Source: an uncultured virus (IMG/VR IMGVR_UViG_3300043568_001227) (taxonomy: Duplodnaviria > Heunggongvirae > Uroviricota > Caudoviricetes). Taken from it: DNA of 64,000 bases. The stretch lies in IMG/VR virus record IMGVR_UViG_3300043568_001227, positions 1-64,000 of that record; one strand, written 5' to 3'. Positions 37,316 through 46,784 of this stretch are shown piece by piece. Positions within the stretch are counted from its first letter, which is position 1. Every line of letters begins with the position of its first letter. The notes beneath the pieces were generated by a model that worked only from the letters and a program-made list of their open reading frames with translations, did not search any database and was not told the DNA's origin. The position numbers and the translations under genes were made by a program.

Positions 37316-37749
37316 TGAAACTTTACAACACAGTTAAATCTCTTATTTTAGAAGTAGCGTCGATTGACTCAATCGTTGATGCTATAAAAAAAAGAAATAA
37401 GATAGTAATTTACTATGATGGTGATGAGCCAGGTGGTAGAGGGTTAAGAGAAATCGAACCTGTTTGTCTTGGGTATAGTAAGTCAGATAATCCTGTTTTA
37501 AGAGCTTGGGATAATGAAGGGTCTTCTCATACCGCGTATAAAGGCGAACAACCTTTACCTGGGTGGAGATTATTCAGAGTTGATAAAATATTATCATTTA
37601 AACCAACGGGAGAAAATTTTGATTCATCTAAACCAGGATATAATCCATCAGGGGACAAAAGTATGAATAGAGTTATTATTAACGCAGTGTTTAATCAACA
37701 ACCAACGGAACCAACGGAACCAACGGAACCAACGGAACCAATACAATAA
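37315..37749 (+). CDS. Stand-alone WYL-domain protein
   Basis: I.IYY...G.REIEPVCLG...LRAW...WRLFRVDKI pattern. Confidence 0.7.
   Translation: MKLYNTVKSLILEVASIDSIVDAIKKRNKIVIYYDGDEPGGRGLREIEPVCLGYSKSDNPVLRAWDNEGSSHTAYKGEQPLPGWRLFRVDKILSFKPTGENFDSSKPGYNPSGDKSMNRVIINAVFNQQPTEPTEPTEPTEPIQ
37702..37740 (+). repeat. Perfect 9-nt tandem repeat CCAACGGAA x4.3 (PTE)
   Basis: Directly visible. Confidence 0.95.
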
Positions 37750-37756
37750 TTAAGAT

Positions 37757-38341
37757 ATGACAAACGAAAACGACTTAATACAAAAATTAATGGTATCTAA
37801 GGCTATTATGGATAAACATAATAATACCCCAAGAGCGGGTAATAATTTAAATATGACAAGTCCAATGGTTCAGGATTACGAAGCCCCACAAGCCAAGTAT
37901 AACTTACCACAAGAATTTATGCAGGAATCTGTAACTCAATCAGTTCCTTCAACACAACAACCAATAACCAAAGATAGGGTTATGTCATCTAAATTACCTG
38001 ATGAGATTAAAAGGTTAATGATAGAACATCCAATCAATCAACCAAACTCAATGGCAGGACCTTCATTATCTAATGATTTGATTGATAAAGCCGCAAGATT
38101 GATGAATGTTGACGCTAAAGGAACTCCAAGAGGACCTCAACCAAAAAGAGTTACCGAACAATCAATACCGACTCAAGATTTGTCAAGTTTAAAAGAATTG
38201 TTAAGAGAAGTTGTTGAAGAGGTTTTATTAGAAAATGGATTAATCGCCGAATCAACCCAAAAATCAAATGAAGTATTTTCTTTTAAGGTAGGTAAGCATA
38301 TATTTGAAGGTAAGGTTACTAAGATAAAAAAAATATCTTAA
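37757..38341 (+). CDS. Hypothetical protein
   Basis: 194 aa, SKLPDEIKRLMIEHPI core. Confidence 0.6.
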   Translation: MTNENDLIQKLMVSKAIMDKHNNTPRAGNNLNMTSPMVQDYEAPQAKYNLPQEFMQESVTQSVPSTQQPITKDRVMSSKLPDEIKRLMIEHPINQPNSMAGPSLSNDLIDKAARLMNVDAKGTPRGPQPKRVTEQSIPTQDLSSLKELLREVVEEVLLENGLIAESTQKSNEVFSFKVGKHIFEGKVTKIKKIS

Positions 38342-38360
38342 AAACAAGTTTACTCTAAAG

Positions 38361-38393
38361 AAAACCCCCCTCATAACTATGTGGGGGTTTTTT
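38361..38393 (+). terminator. Intrinsic terminator
   Basis: AAAACCCCC...GGGGGTTTTTT. Confidence 0.8.
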
Positions 38394-38404
38394 ATTTTAT
38401 AAGG

Positions 38405-38433
38405 TTGATATTCTATTATTTTCTTATTATATT
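38405..38433 (+). promoter_or_regulatory. Candidate promoter TTGATA-N17-TATATT
   Basis: Sits between a terminator and the 38454 start; weak evidence in AT-rich DNA. Confidence 0.4.
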
Positions 38434-38453
38434 TTCTAAGACAATTTTATATT

Positions 38454-39674
38454 ATGAAAGAAAAAATTAATGTTTTAGTACTACCAAGTGATAAAAGTGG
38501 TGTTGGGAAATTTCGTTCTATCGACCCTCACGTACATTTACAAAATTTATATCCTGACGACTTCCATTTAGACATTGACTACGAACCAAAAATCAATGAC
38601 CCAAATTATTGGAAAAAATATCAAATCGTTCACGTACATAGAAATATTGGTAGTAATTACGACAATACTCCACTAATCATTAGAAAGTTAAAATCACTAG
38701 GAATTATCGTTATTGTTGACATTGATGATTATTGGTTACCAACAAAAGAACATCCTATTCATCAAATAATTGTTCAACAAAAAATTAACGAAAAAATTGT
38801 TGCAAACTTAAAAGAAGCTGATTATGTTACAACAACAACAGATATTTTTGCAAATGAAATTAGAAGGTTTAATAAAAATGTTGTTGTATTCCCCAATGCA
38901 ATTAACCCAAAAGAACCTCAATTCAATCAACCAACCGTTGAATCAGATAGAATTAGAGTTGGGTGGTTAGGTGGCTCATCTCACTTACATGATTTAATGT
39001 TACTACAAGGGTTCACTCAAAGAAATGGTAAGGACATTAATGACAAAATTCAATATGTTATTTGTGGGTTTGATACTCGTGGTACTGTTACTGAGATTAA
39101 TCCACAAACGGGGGAACAAAAACGTAGAGACATTTTACCTCACGAAACTGTGTGGGCAAAATATGAAGAGATTTTTACAAACAATTATAATTTAGTTGAT
39201 GAGGATTATAAAAAATTCTTAATGGAATATAAAGAACAAGATTATGTTTCAAATAAAGAATTACCTTATCTTAGAGTTTGGACAAAACCTGTTACCACAT
39301 ATGCAATGAATTATTCTAAATTTGATATTTCATTAGCTCCAATCAAAAATCACGTCTTTAATAGAATGAAATCTCAGTTAAAAGTTATTGAAGCAGGATT
39401 TTATAAGAAAGCGTTAATCGCGTCTGAAATAGGTCCATATACAATCGACTTGAAACATTGTATGAAGAATGGTAACTTTGTTGATGGTAATGCTTTATTA
39501 GTCGGTGAGCAAAGAAATCATAGTGATTGGTCGAAACACATCAAAAAGTTAGTTCAAAACCCTAATTTGATTACAGATATGGGAGAAAGATTATATGAAA
39601 CGGTTAAAGACAAATACGATTTAAATACCGTAACAAAAAATAGAGCAGAATTTTATAAATCATTAATTAAATAA
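38454..39674 (+). CDS. GT-B fold glycosyltransferase
   Basis: DIDDYW, RVGWLGGSSHLHDL, DISLAPI...FNRMKSQLKVIEAG. Confidence 0.8.
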   Translation: MKEKINVLVLPSDKSGVGKFRSIDPHVHLQNLYPDDFHLDIDYEPKINDPNYWKKYQIVHVHRNIGSNYDNTPLIIRKLKSLGIIVIVDIDDYWLPTKEHPIHQIIVQQKINEKIVANLKEADYVTTTTDIFANEIRRFNKNVVVFPNAINPKEPQFNQPTVESDRIRVGWLGGSSHLHDLMLLQGFTQRNGKDINDKIQYVICGFDTRGTVTEINPQTGEQKRRDILPHETVWAKYEEIFTNNYNLVDEDYKKFLMEYKEQDYVSNKELPYLRVWTKPVTTYAMNYSKFDISLAPIKNHVFNRMKSQLKVIEAGFYKKALIASEIGPYTIDLKHCMKNGNFVDGNALLVGEQRNHSDWSKHIKKLVQNPNLITDMGERLYETVKDKYDLNTVTKNRAEFYKSLIK

Positions 39675-39675
39675 T

Positions 39676-40134
39676 ATGTATAATAAAAAAGGTAAAGTTG
39701 GGTTCACCGCAGGTAATTTTGATTTATTACACCCAGGTTATATTTACACTTTTGAAGCGGCAAAAGAAAAGTGTGATTACTTTATGGTCTTTTTACAAAG
39801 AGACCCGTCTGAGACAAGATTTACAAAGTATAAACCAGTCGTTCCATTATATGAAAGATATAAAACTTTAATGTCAATAAAGTATGTTGATGAAGTTGTG
39901 ACATATCAAACTGAAGAGGATTTAATAAAACTTATTGAGTTTTATAAACCTGATGTTAGAATTTTAGGTGACGATTATATTGGTAAGAGGTTTACTGGAG
40001 ACCATCTACCAATTGAGGTAGTTTACACCACAAGGTCTCACAATTGGTCAACAACTAAAATCAAAGATTTAATCACAATACAAACATTGAAACAAAACCC
40101 TGAAATTTTAAAAAATTTAGAGACAAATGATTAA
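39676..40134 (+). CDS. Cytidylyltransferase/nucleotidyltransferase (TagD/RfaE-II-like)
   Basis: GFTAGNFDLLHPGY (HxGH variant), KP...ER, YVDEV, SttKI. Confidence 0.8.
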   Translation: MYNKKGKVGFTAGNFDLLHPGYIYTFEAAKEKCDYFMVFLQRDPSETRFTKYKPVVPLYERYKTLMSIKYVDEVVTYQTEEDLIKLIEFYKPDVRILGDDYIGKRFTGDHLPIEVVYTTRSHNWSTTKIKDLITIQTLKQNPEILKNLETND

Positions 40135-40846
40135 AATACCTATTACTAAAATTTTGTTTCTTGATATAGAAACAGTTGGGATTGAAAAAGACTTCGATAC
40201 TTGTGTTGAAAAACGTCCTGAAATTGCACATCAATTCGATAAGTATTTCGATTGGTTTTTAAAACGATTCCCTGAAGACGCAATTAAAGGGGAAAACGAA
40301 GATGAAAGAAAAAATATTATATTCTCAACAAGAACCGCGCTGGTACCCGAATTTGCAAAGATTGTATGTGTTAGTGTTGCCTTTGTTATGGATAATGGTG
40401 AAGTTAAAAAACAAACGTTTTCTGGTGATGATGAGGAACAATTATTACGTGATTGTCAGAAATTATTGGACCGTTGTGGAAGATTGGATTTCTTTCTGTG
40501 TGGGCATAATCTAAAGAATTTTGATATTCCAATGATGGCTAAAAGAATGATTATTAATGGATTACTTCCACCATCAATTTTACCGTCATACGATACAAAA
40601 CCATGGGAAATTAAAGCCATCGACACTAAAGAAATTTGGCAATATGGTGCTTATACGGCGATTGGTTCATTAGATTTAATGTGTACCTCAATGGAGATTC
40701 CATCACCAAAAGAAGGTGAAATCACAGGAGATAAAGTACATAATTCATATTGGAACCATGGTAAATTAAAAGAAATCTCAGAATACTGTGAACGAGACGT
40801 TAACGTATTAATTGAGGTGATAAAAAAATTAAAAGAACTTAAATAA
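40127..40846 (+). CDS. DEDD 3'-5' exonuclease (PolB exonuclease-like)
   Basis: LDIET (Exo I), GHNLKNFDIP (Exo II), YCERDV (Exo III). Confidence 0.85.
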   Translation: MIKIPITKILFLDIETVGIEKDFDTCVEKRPEIAHQFDKYFDWFLKRFPEDAIKGENEDERKNIIFSTRTALVPEFAKIVCVSVAFVMDNGEVKKQTFSGDDEEQLLRDCQKLLDRCGRLDFFLCGHNLKNFDIPMMAKRMIINGLLPPSILPSYDTKPWEIKAIDTKEIWQYGAYTAIGSLDLMCTSMEIPSPKEGEITGDKVHNSYWNHGKLKEISEYCERDVNVLIEVIKKLKELK

Positions 40847-41448
40847 TGTCAGAAGAAATAGATTTAGATTTTTTAAAGAAAAAAGCCGAAGAGCTAAAAT
40901 CAATACTATCAATGTCAGAAAACAATGATATTGATTATAATCAAATCCTTGAGGAGTTTGGTGTTGATGTTAAACAATTAGAAGTTGATATGAAAAACTA
41001 TAAAGCTCAGTTAGAATTAGGTTTTAATAAACTACATCTTGATGCCGTAACCCCAAGTTATAACTACCCAAGTGATTCTGGATTTGATTTATACTCAGTT
41101 GAAGATATTACAATTGAGGGACTTGGTAGAGGTTTAGTTCCGACAGGATTATCATTTGACATTAAAGATGGATATGAAATTCAAGTTAGGTCTAAAAGTG
41201 GGTTAGCCATTAATCAAGGTTTAATGTGTTTAAACTCTCCAGGAACGGTAGATAATGGATATACAGGTGAAGTAAAAGTAATTATATTTAATACAAATAA
41301 AGAACCTTTTACAATTACTAAAGGTATGAAAGTTGCTCAAGCAGTTTTATGTCCCGTAGTTAATGGTGGTTGGGTTTATTTGGATGAGAGAAATGAAGTA
41401 ACAAAAAAAGACCGTAATAGTAACGGATTCGGTTCAACAGGAATTTAA
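40846..41448 (+). CDS. dut: dUTP diphosphatase (trimeric) with N-terminal extension
   Basis: SGFDL, RSKSGLA, GTVDNGYTGE, VAQAV, RNSNGFGSTG motifs. Confidence 0.95.
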   Translation: MSEEIDLDFLKKKAEELKSILSMSENNDIDYNQILEEFGVDVKQLEVDMKNYKAQLELGFNKLHLDAVTPSYNYPSDSGFDLYSVEDITIEGLGRGLVPTGLSFDIKDGYEIQVRSKSGLAINQGLMCLNSPGTVDNGYTGEVKVIIFNTNKEPFTITKGMKVAQAVLCPVVNGGWVYLDERNEVTKKDRNSNGFGSTGI

Positions 41449-41449
41449 T

Positions 41450-42949
41450 ATGATAACAATAATTTATTCAACCCATAAAGACGAAACTTATAATAACAAA
41501 TTTAAACAACATTTGTTACAAACTGTTGGATTAAAACATGTTCAGATTTTAGAGTTTCAGAACAATAATCAATACAGTTTGGCTGAGGTATATAACAAAG
41601 GTATATCACAATCAATTTATGATATTGTGGTTTGTTGTCATAACGACATCAAATTAGAAAATAATTGGGGTAAGAAATTATTTAAAGATTTCGAAAATAA
41701 CCCTGATTACGGAATCATTGGGAAGGCAGGGTCAACATATTTTCCTGAATCAGGAGTCTATTGGGAACGAATGGCTCAAACAATGGTTGGTCATGTATAT
41801 CACCAACCTGAGGGTCGTAAAAAATGGGTTAATAAGTATTCCGCAAAATTAGATGAATTAACACCAGTAGTGACTATTGATGGTTTATTCATTTCATTCG
41901 ATAAAACAAAAATAAAACATAATTTTAATGAGACTATTGGTAAGTTTCATTTTTATGACCACCCATTCTGTTTAAGTAATTATTTAGACGGGGTAAAAAT
42001 TGGGGTTACATTTTCTTTTGATATTACCCACCAATCAGTTGGACGACCAAATGAGGAATTTTTTGAAAGTAAAACTAAATTTTTAGAGAAGTTCTCGTCT
42101 AAATTGCCATTAGACTTAAAACCAAACAGTATTTACGTTCCTAAAATAAACGAAAAACCAACTAAAAATATTGGTAAAGTTTCGGTAATTATACCAACAA
42201 AAGATAAGTTCGAATTAATAAGTGAATGTATTCTATCTTTTTACGAACATTGTAACCCTAATTTATTTGACATTTTTATCGCCGACACTGGGTCAACTGA
42301 TGAAAATAAAGAAAAACTTAAATCATTTATTTCTGATTATAATAATATTAAATTAATTGAATATGATTATTATAATTTTGCAAAAATTAATAATGATGTG
42401 GTTAAAAACCATCTAAATAACACTCACGAATATTTGTTATTTTGTAATAATGATATTAAATTATTAAACAACGTTATTTATGGTATGTTAAAAATATTCA
42501 AAACAACTCCAAAAGTTGGTACTGTCGGTTGTCGTCTACATTATTTAGATAATACCGTACAACATGATGGTATGGTAATTTATATTCATAACAATATAAT
42601 ACAATTAACACATTCGGGATTAAAAGGATATTATACTTATACACCATCAATAAAAAAAGTATTGGGGTCTACTGCAGCTCTATTAATGATTAATAAAACC
42701 ATATTTGAAAAGTGTGGTTATTTTAACGAAAATTATCAAACTTGTTTAGAGGATGCGGAATTAAACATCAAATGTCTTTCATTAGGTCTAAATAATTATT
42801 ATGACGGTAATTTAGTTGCTTATCACTATGAGAGTCAAACCAGAGGAGATAATGATGATAATTACCGTCAAGATTACATTAACACTTTTTATCCTTTTAT
42901 GATTAAAAACGAAAACAATATTAAACCTTTTATATTTAAATTAAACTAA
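41450..42949 (+). CDS. Two-domain GT-A (GT2-like) glycosyltransferase
   Basis: CCHNDI...FHFYD first domain; VSVIIPTK..DTGS..NFAKINN..LFCNNDI..EDAEL second domain. Confidence 0.85.
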   Translation: MITIIYSTHKDETYNNKFKQHLLQTVGLKHVQILEFQNNNQYSLAEVYNKGISQSIYDIVVCCHNDIKLENNWGKKLFKDFENNPDYGIIGKAGSTYFPESGVYWERMAQTMVGHVYHQPEGRKKWVNKYSAKLDELTPVVTIDGLFISFDKTKIKHNFNETIGKFHFYDHPFCLSNYLDGVKIGVTFSFDITHQSVGRPNEEFFESKTKFLEKFSSKLPLDLKPNSIYVPKINEKPTKNIGKVSVIIPTKDKFELISECILSFYEHCNPNLFDIFIADTGSTDENKEKLKSFISDYNNIKLIEYDYYNFAKINNDVVKNHLNNTHEYLLFCNNDIKLLNNVIYGMLKIFKTTPKVGTVGCRLHYLDNTVQHDGMVIYIHNNIIQLTHSGLKGYYTYTPSIKKVLGSTAALLMINKTIFEKCGYFNENYQTCLEDAELNIKCLSLGLNNYYDGNLVAYHYESQTRGDNDDNYRQDYINTFYPFMIKNENNIKPFIFKLN

Positions 42950-43578
42950 TGGCACAAGGAATTTACCAAATAACAGAAAATTTTGAAACTAAACTATCCG
43001 AATATACAGGTGCGAAGTACGTTGTAACAGTGGATAATCAAAGTAACGCATTATTCTTATCACTAATGTATGAGAATATTAAAGGTATGGAAATTGAGAT
43101 TCCATCCAGAACATACCCATCGGTACCATGTGAGATTATTCATGCGGGAGGTAAGGTTAAATTTACCCCTGTTGAGGGTAAAACTATAAAAGGTGCGTAC
43201 CAGTTGTCCCCAACAAAAGTTTGGGATTCGGCACTTAGGTTTACTAGTAATATGTACATACCTAACACTCATATGTGTATCTCATTCACAGGACCATACA
43301 AACACTTTAAACTGTCTAAGGGTGGTGCAATTTTAACAGACGACTATGATGCGTATCTTTGGTTCAAACGAGCAAGATATAGTGGGAGAAGAGAATGTTC
43401 ATACCATGACGACCATTTTGATATGTTAGGTTGGAATTTTTATATGATGCCCGAATTAGCCGCGAGAGGTTATTTATTAATGAATCAGTTCTATAATATG
43501 GATGGGACTCCAAAACATAATGAGGATTTAGAATTACCTTATCCAGATTTATCAAATTTTAAAATATATCAACAATGA
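42949..43578 (+). CDS. DegT/DnrJ/EryC1/StrS-family PLP sugar aminotransferase (short form)
   Basis: FE..L.EYTGAKY, PSRTYPSVP, WDSA, SF...K...GGAILTDD, GWNFYM. Confidence 0.8.
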   Translation: MAQGIYQITENFETKLSEYTGAKYVVTVDNQSNALFLSLMYENIKGMEIEIPSRTYPSVPCEIIHAGGKVKFTPVEGKTIKGAYQLSPTKVWDSALRFTSNMYIPNTHMCISFTGPYKHFKLSKGGAILTDDYDAYLWFKRARYSGRRECSYHDDHFDMLGWNFYMMPELAARGYLLMNQFYNMDGTPKHNEDLELPYPDLSNFKIYQQ

Positions 43579-44192
43579 AAAATTACAAATTTACAGAAGA
43601 ATGGTTTACCAACGATGGGTTATCCGTATTAAATAATTTAGACCCAACAAAAGAAATTCATATCCTTGAGATAGGTTGTTTTGAGGGTAAATCCACTATT
43701 TGGTTTTTAGATAATATTTTACAAAACGACAAATCAACGATAACTTGTGTCGACCCATGGACTAATTTTAGTCAAGATAATAATAGTTTAAATTCTTACT
43801 TTAAAGATAACGCTGAATGGTTATTAAGTGAAAGAAAAACTAAAGAAATGTTTTTACATAATATTAATGAAAGTACAAACGCCAATAAGGTAATCGTTAG
43901 GGAAGGTCTTTCAAATAAAGTCTTACCATTTTTAATTACTGAAGGAAAAATGTACGATATAATTTTTATTGACGGTAATCATACCGCACCATATGTTATG
44001 ATGGATGCGATTATGTCATGGGAATTATTAAATGATAATGGTATTATTATTTTTGACGATTACTTATGGGAAATGAGTCGGCCAACAAACTTAAGACCGA
44101 AAGAATCTGTAGACTATTTTATGTTAACCTTTTCTGACTATATTACCGAATTACATTCAAATTACCGTAAAATAATTAAAAAAATAAAATAA
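43575..44192 (+). CDS. Class I SAM methyltransferase (Methyltransf_24-like)
   Basis: ILEIGCFEGKST, CVDPW, DIIFIDGNH, GIIIFDDY. Confidence 0.85.
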   Translation: MKNYKFTEEWFTNDGLSVLNNLDPTKEIHILEIGCFEGKSTIWFLDNILQNDKSTITCVDPWTNFSQDNNSLNSYFKDNAEWLLSERKTKEMFLHNINESTNANKVIVREGLSNKVLPFLITEGKMYDIIFIDGNHTAPYVMMDAIMSWELLNDNGIIIFDDYLWEMSRPTNLRPKESVDYFMLTFSDYITELHSNYRKIIKKIK

Positions 44193-44272
44193 AAAAATCG
44201 AGAATAGGTACAGGTGAGTTTGGAAGGAAAGTGAGTAATAATCTTTCTTTACTGTCTATAAAAATTAATTAA
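44189..44272 (+). pseudogene. Possible remnant of a NeuD/PglD-type acyltransferase N-terminus
   Basis: ATA AAA AAA TCG AGA ATA GGT ACA GGT GAG TTT GGA AGG AAA GTG = (I)KKSRIGTGEFGRKV, then TAA at 44270-72. Confidence 0.35.
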
Positions 44273-44279
44273 AATAACT

Positions 44280-44837
44280 ATGTTTTATACTAAAGAAGAA
44301 TTAAAATTAATTGGATTTAAATCAATTGGGGAAAATGTTTTGATTTCAAACAAATGTTCAATTTACAATCCACGGAACATATCGATAGGTAACAATGTTA
44401 GAATTGATGATTTTTGTGTGATTAGCGCTGGTGAAGGTGGAATTAAAATAGGTAACTATGTTCACATTGCCGTTTTTTGTAGTTTAATCGGGAACGGTAA
44501 AATAACACTTGACGATTTTTCAGGATTATCATCAAGAGTATCAATATACAGTTCAACTGATGATTATAGTGGTAATTTTTTAACAAATCCAACAGTAAGT
44601 AAAGAATACACTAATGTTATATCAGGTGATGTTAGGTTAGGTAAACACGTTATTGTTGGTGCGGGGAGTGTGATATTACCAAATGTTAATATTGATGACC
44701 ATAGTTCTGTTGGTTCGTTATCATTAGTGACTAAAGATGTTGAAAAGTCTAAAATTGTTGTTGGTATACCATCTAAGGTCATAAAAAATAGAGAAAATAA
44801 TTTATACAGTTTAGAATGCGAGTTTCTGAAAAAATAA
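44280..44837 (+). CDS. vioB: Hexapeptide-repeat amino-sugar N-acyltransferase, VioB-like
   Basis: GFKSIGENVLIS...ISIGNNVRIDDFCVISAGEGGI...SSRVSIYSSTDDYSG...GKHVIVG closely follows VioB as I recall it. Confidence 0.75.
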   Translation: MFYTKEELKLIGFKSIGENVLISNKCSIYNPRNISIGNNVRIDDFCVISAGEGGIKIGNYVHIAVFCSLIGNGKITLDDFSGLSSRVSIYSSTDDYSGNFLTNPTVSKEYTNVISGDVRLGKHVIVGAGSVILPNVNIDDHSSVGSLSLVTKDVEKSKIVVGIPSKVIKNRENNLYSLECEFLKK

Positions 44838-45184
44838 CTATAACAGATAAAATGGTGAGGGATTTTTCCGAACTGTCTGGAGATAAAAATCCAATCCACT
44901 TAGATGATGAGTATTCCAAAAATAGTATATTTGGAAAAAGAATTGCACATGGAATGTTATTATCTTCCTTTTTTTCTAAGATAATTGCAACCTATTACCC
45001 TGGTGAAGGTTCAATATATTTAAAACAAGATTTAAATTTTAAAAACCCTTGTTACATTAATGATGAGATTGAAATTGTGATTGAGTTAGACAAAAAAGAA
45101 AATAATAAGTATTTTTTAAAAACAAAAATAATAAGAGACGATGTAGAAATTATTGATGGTAATGCGATAGTTTTAAAAAAATAA
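44816..45184 (+). CDS. MaoC-family (R)-specific enoyl-CoA hydratase/dehydratase
   Basis: FSELSGDKNPIHLD...FGKRIAHGML...PG.GSIY..Q.L.F..P. Confidence 0.9.
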   Translation: MRVSEKITITDKMVRDFSELSGDKNPIHLDDEYSKNSIFGKRIAHGMLLSSFFSKIIATYYPGEGSIYLKQDLNFKNPCYINDEIEIVIELDKKENNKYFLKTKIIRDDVEIIDGNAIVLKK

Positions 45185-45202
45185 AGTAAAAACTAAATAA
45201 TC

Positions 45203-45913
45203 ATGAAACTATCAATTATAATATCAACATACCAAAGAACAGATAACTCAACACCTTTTTACTTAAAAAGAGCGTTAGATTGTGTTTTTAATCAAACTCA
45301 TGAAGATTTTAAAGTTTACGTTATTGGAGACAAGTACGAAGATAATGAAGAGTTTATTAACATATGTAAAAGTTACGATAAAGATAAACTCTATTTTGAA
45401 AACCTCCCGTTTGCTAAAGAAAGGGACCGTTATGGTAAAGGGTATGCTCTTTGGTCTTACGGTGGTGTTAACGCGGTTAACTACGGAATTGATAAATCAT
45501 TAGACGATGGAAACTATTATATTTGTCATTTGGACCATGACGACGTATGGGAACCAAATCATTTAGAAGTAATTAATAAATGTCTATTAAATACAAACGC
45601 CGATTGGGTTTGTACTAAGTCAACTTACTTGTCACCAGAAAAAACTATGCCAAAAATAATTGGTATCGAAAATCATTATATTAATTTTCTACCAAGTTAT
45701 GCGACATTAATCCATTCTTCAGTATGTATGAATTTTAATACAATACCATTTAAATATCGTGATTTATTTGATGAAACAGGGGTTGTTGGGTTACCCTCTG
45801 ATGGTGAATTATGGAATAGATGTAGAGAACATATATTAAAAAATAACTTAAAAAGTTATTTAATTAACTCAATAACCTGTCACCATGATGAAGAAGGATT
45901 TGAAAGAAATTGA
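45203..45913 (+). CDS. GT2 glycosyltransferase
   Basis: LSIIISTY, NQTHEDF, HLDHDDVWEPNHL. Confidence 0.85.
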   Translation: MKLSIIISTYQRTDNSTPFYLKRALDCVFNQTHEDFKVYVIGDKYEDNEEFINICKSYDKDKLYFENLPFAKERDRYGKGYALWSYGGVNAVNYGIDKSLDDGNYYICHLDHDDVWEPNHLEVINKCLLNTNADWVCTKSTYLSPEKTMPKIIGIENHYINFLPSYATLIHSSVCMNFNTIPFKYRDLFDETGVVGLPSDGELWNRCREHILKNNLKSYLINSITCHHDEEGFERN

Positions 45914-45972
45914 TTTACATAAACAGTAACTAAAGTATATTTTAAAAAACAATTAACATTTAAGTTTTTAAC

Positions 45973-46710
45973 ATGACAGAAAGAAAAAAAAGAAGTACAG
46001 TACCACCAAAACCAGTTGATGAGTACAAACCAAGACTAACAAAAAAAGAATTAATATCACAAATCATAAAGAAAAAATCTAAAGAGAAGTTTCTTTCGGA
46101 AAGTCAAAGAAAGTATTATGACATTTTAACTAATAGTCAAATTACCATTTGTTCAGGACCTGCAGGTGTTGGTAAAAGTTACATAGCGATGAAAGCGGCG
46201 GTAGATTTACTCGCAGACCCTACAACACCTTATGAAAAAATCATTATTGTAAGACCCGCAGTTGAGGCCGAAGAAAAATTAGGTTCACTCCCTGGTAATG
46301 TTGAAGAGAAATTAGACCCTTACATTTTCCCATCGTATTATTTATTAAATAAGATTATTGGTAAAGAAGCGAGAGAAAAATTAAAAGAGATTGAAGCTAT
46401 CGAAGTTTTTGCATTGGCCTACATGAGAGGTATGAACATCGACAATTCAATTCTACTATTCGAGGAGGCTCAGAACTCAACACCAAGTCAAATGAAATTA
46501 TTATTAACAAGGATTGGGTTTAATTCTAAATTCTTCCTTTCAGGTGACTTAGAACAATTTGACCGACATAAAGATAAAACTCAGACAGGGTTGTGGGACG
46601 CACTACAAAAGTTTCAAAATATGGATGATATTGGAACATTCGAATTCAAACCTGAAGATGTGGTTAGAAACCCATTAATTAGTAAAATCCTAAAAAGATA
46701 CGAAAACTAA
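45973..46710 (+). CDS. phoH: PhoH-family ATPase
   Basis: GPAGVGKS, IIIVRPAVE, LGSLPG, AYMRG, EEAQN, LTRIG, GDLEQ, VVRNP. Confidence 0.95.
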   Translation: MTERKKRSTVPPKPVDEYKPRLTKKELISQIIKKKSKEKFLSESQRKYYDILTNSQITICSGPAGVGKSYIAMKAAVDLLADPTTPYEKIIIVRPAVEAEEKLGSLPGNVEEKLDPYIFPSYYLLNKIIGKEAREKLKEIEAIEVFALAYMRGMNIDNSILLFEEAQNSTPSQMKLLLTRIGFNSKFFLSGDLEQFDRHKDKTQTGLWDALQKFQNMDDIGTFEFKPEDVVRNPLISKILKRYEN

Positions 46711-46720
46711 AATAATTACG

Positions 46721-46766
46721 AACCCAATAAGTATAAATTCAATTTAATTTACTTATTGGGTTTTTT
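46721..46766 (+). terminator. Long hairpin/terminator after phoH
   Basis: AACCCAATAAGTA (46721-33) / TACTTATTGGGTT (46750-62) followed by T-run. Confidence 0.75.
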
Positions 46767-46784
46767 ACATATTTTTTTACGTAT

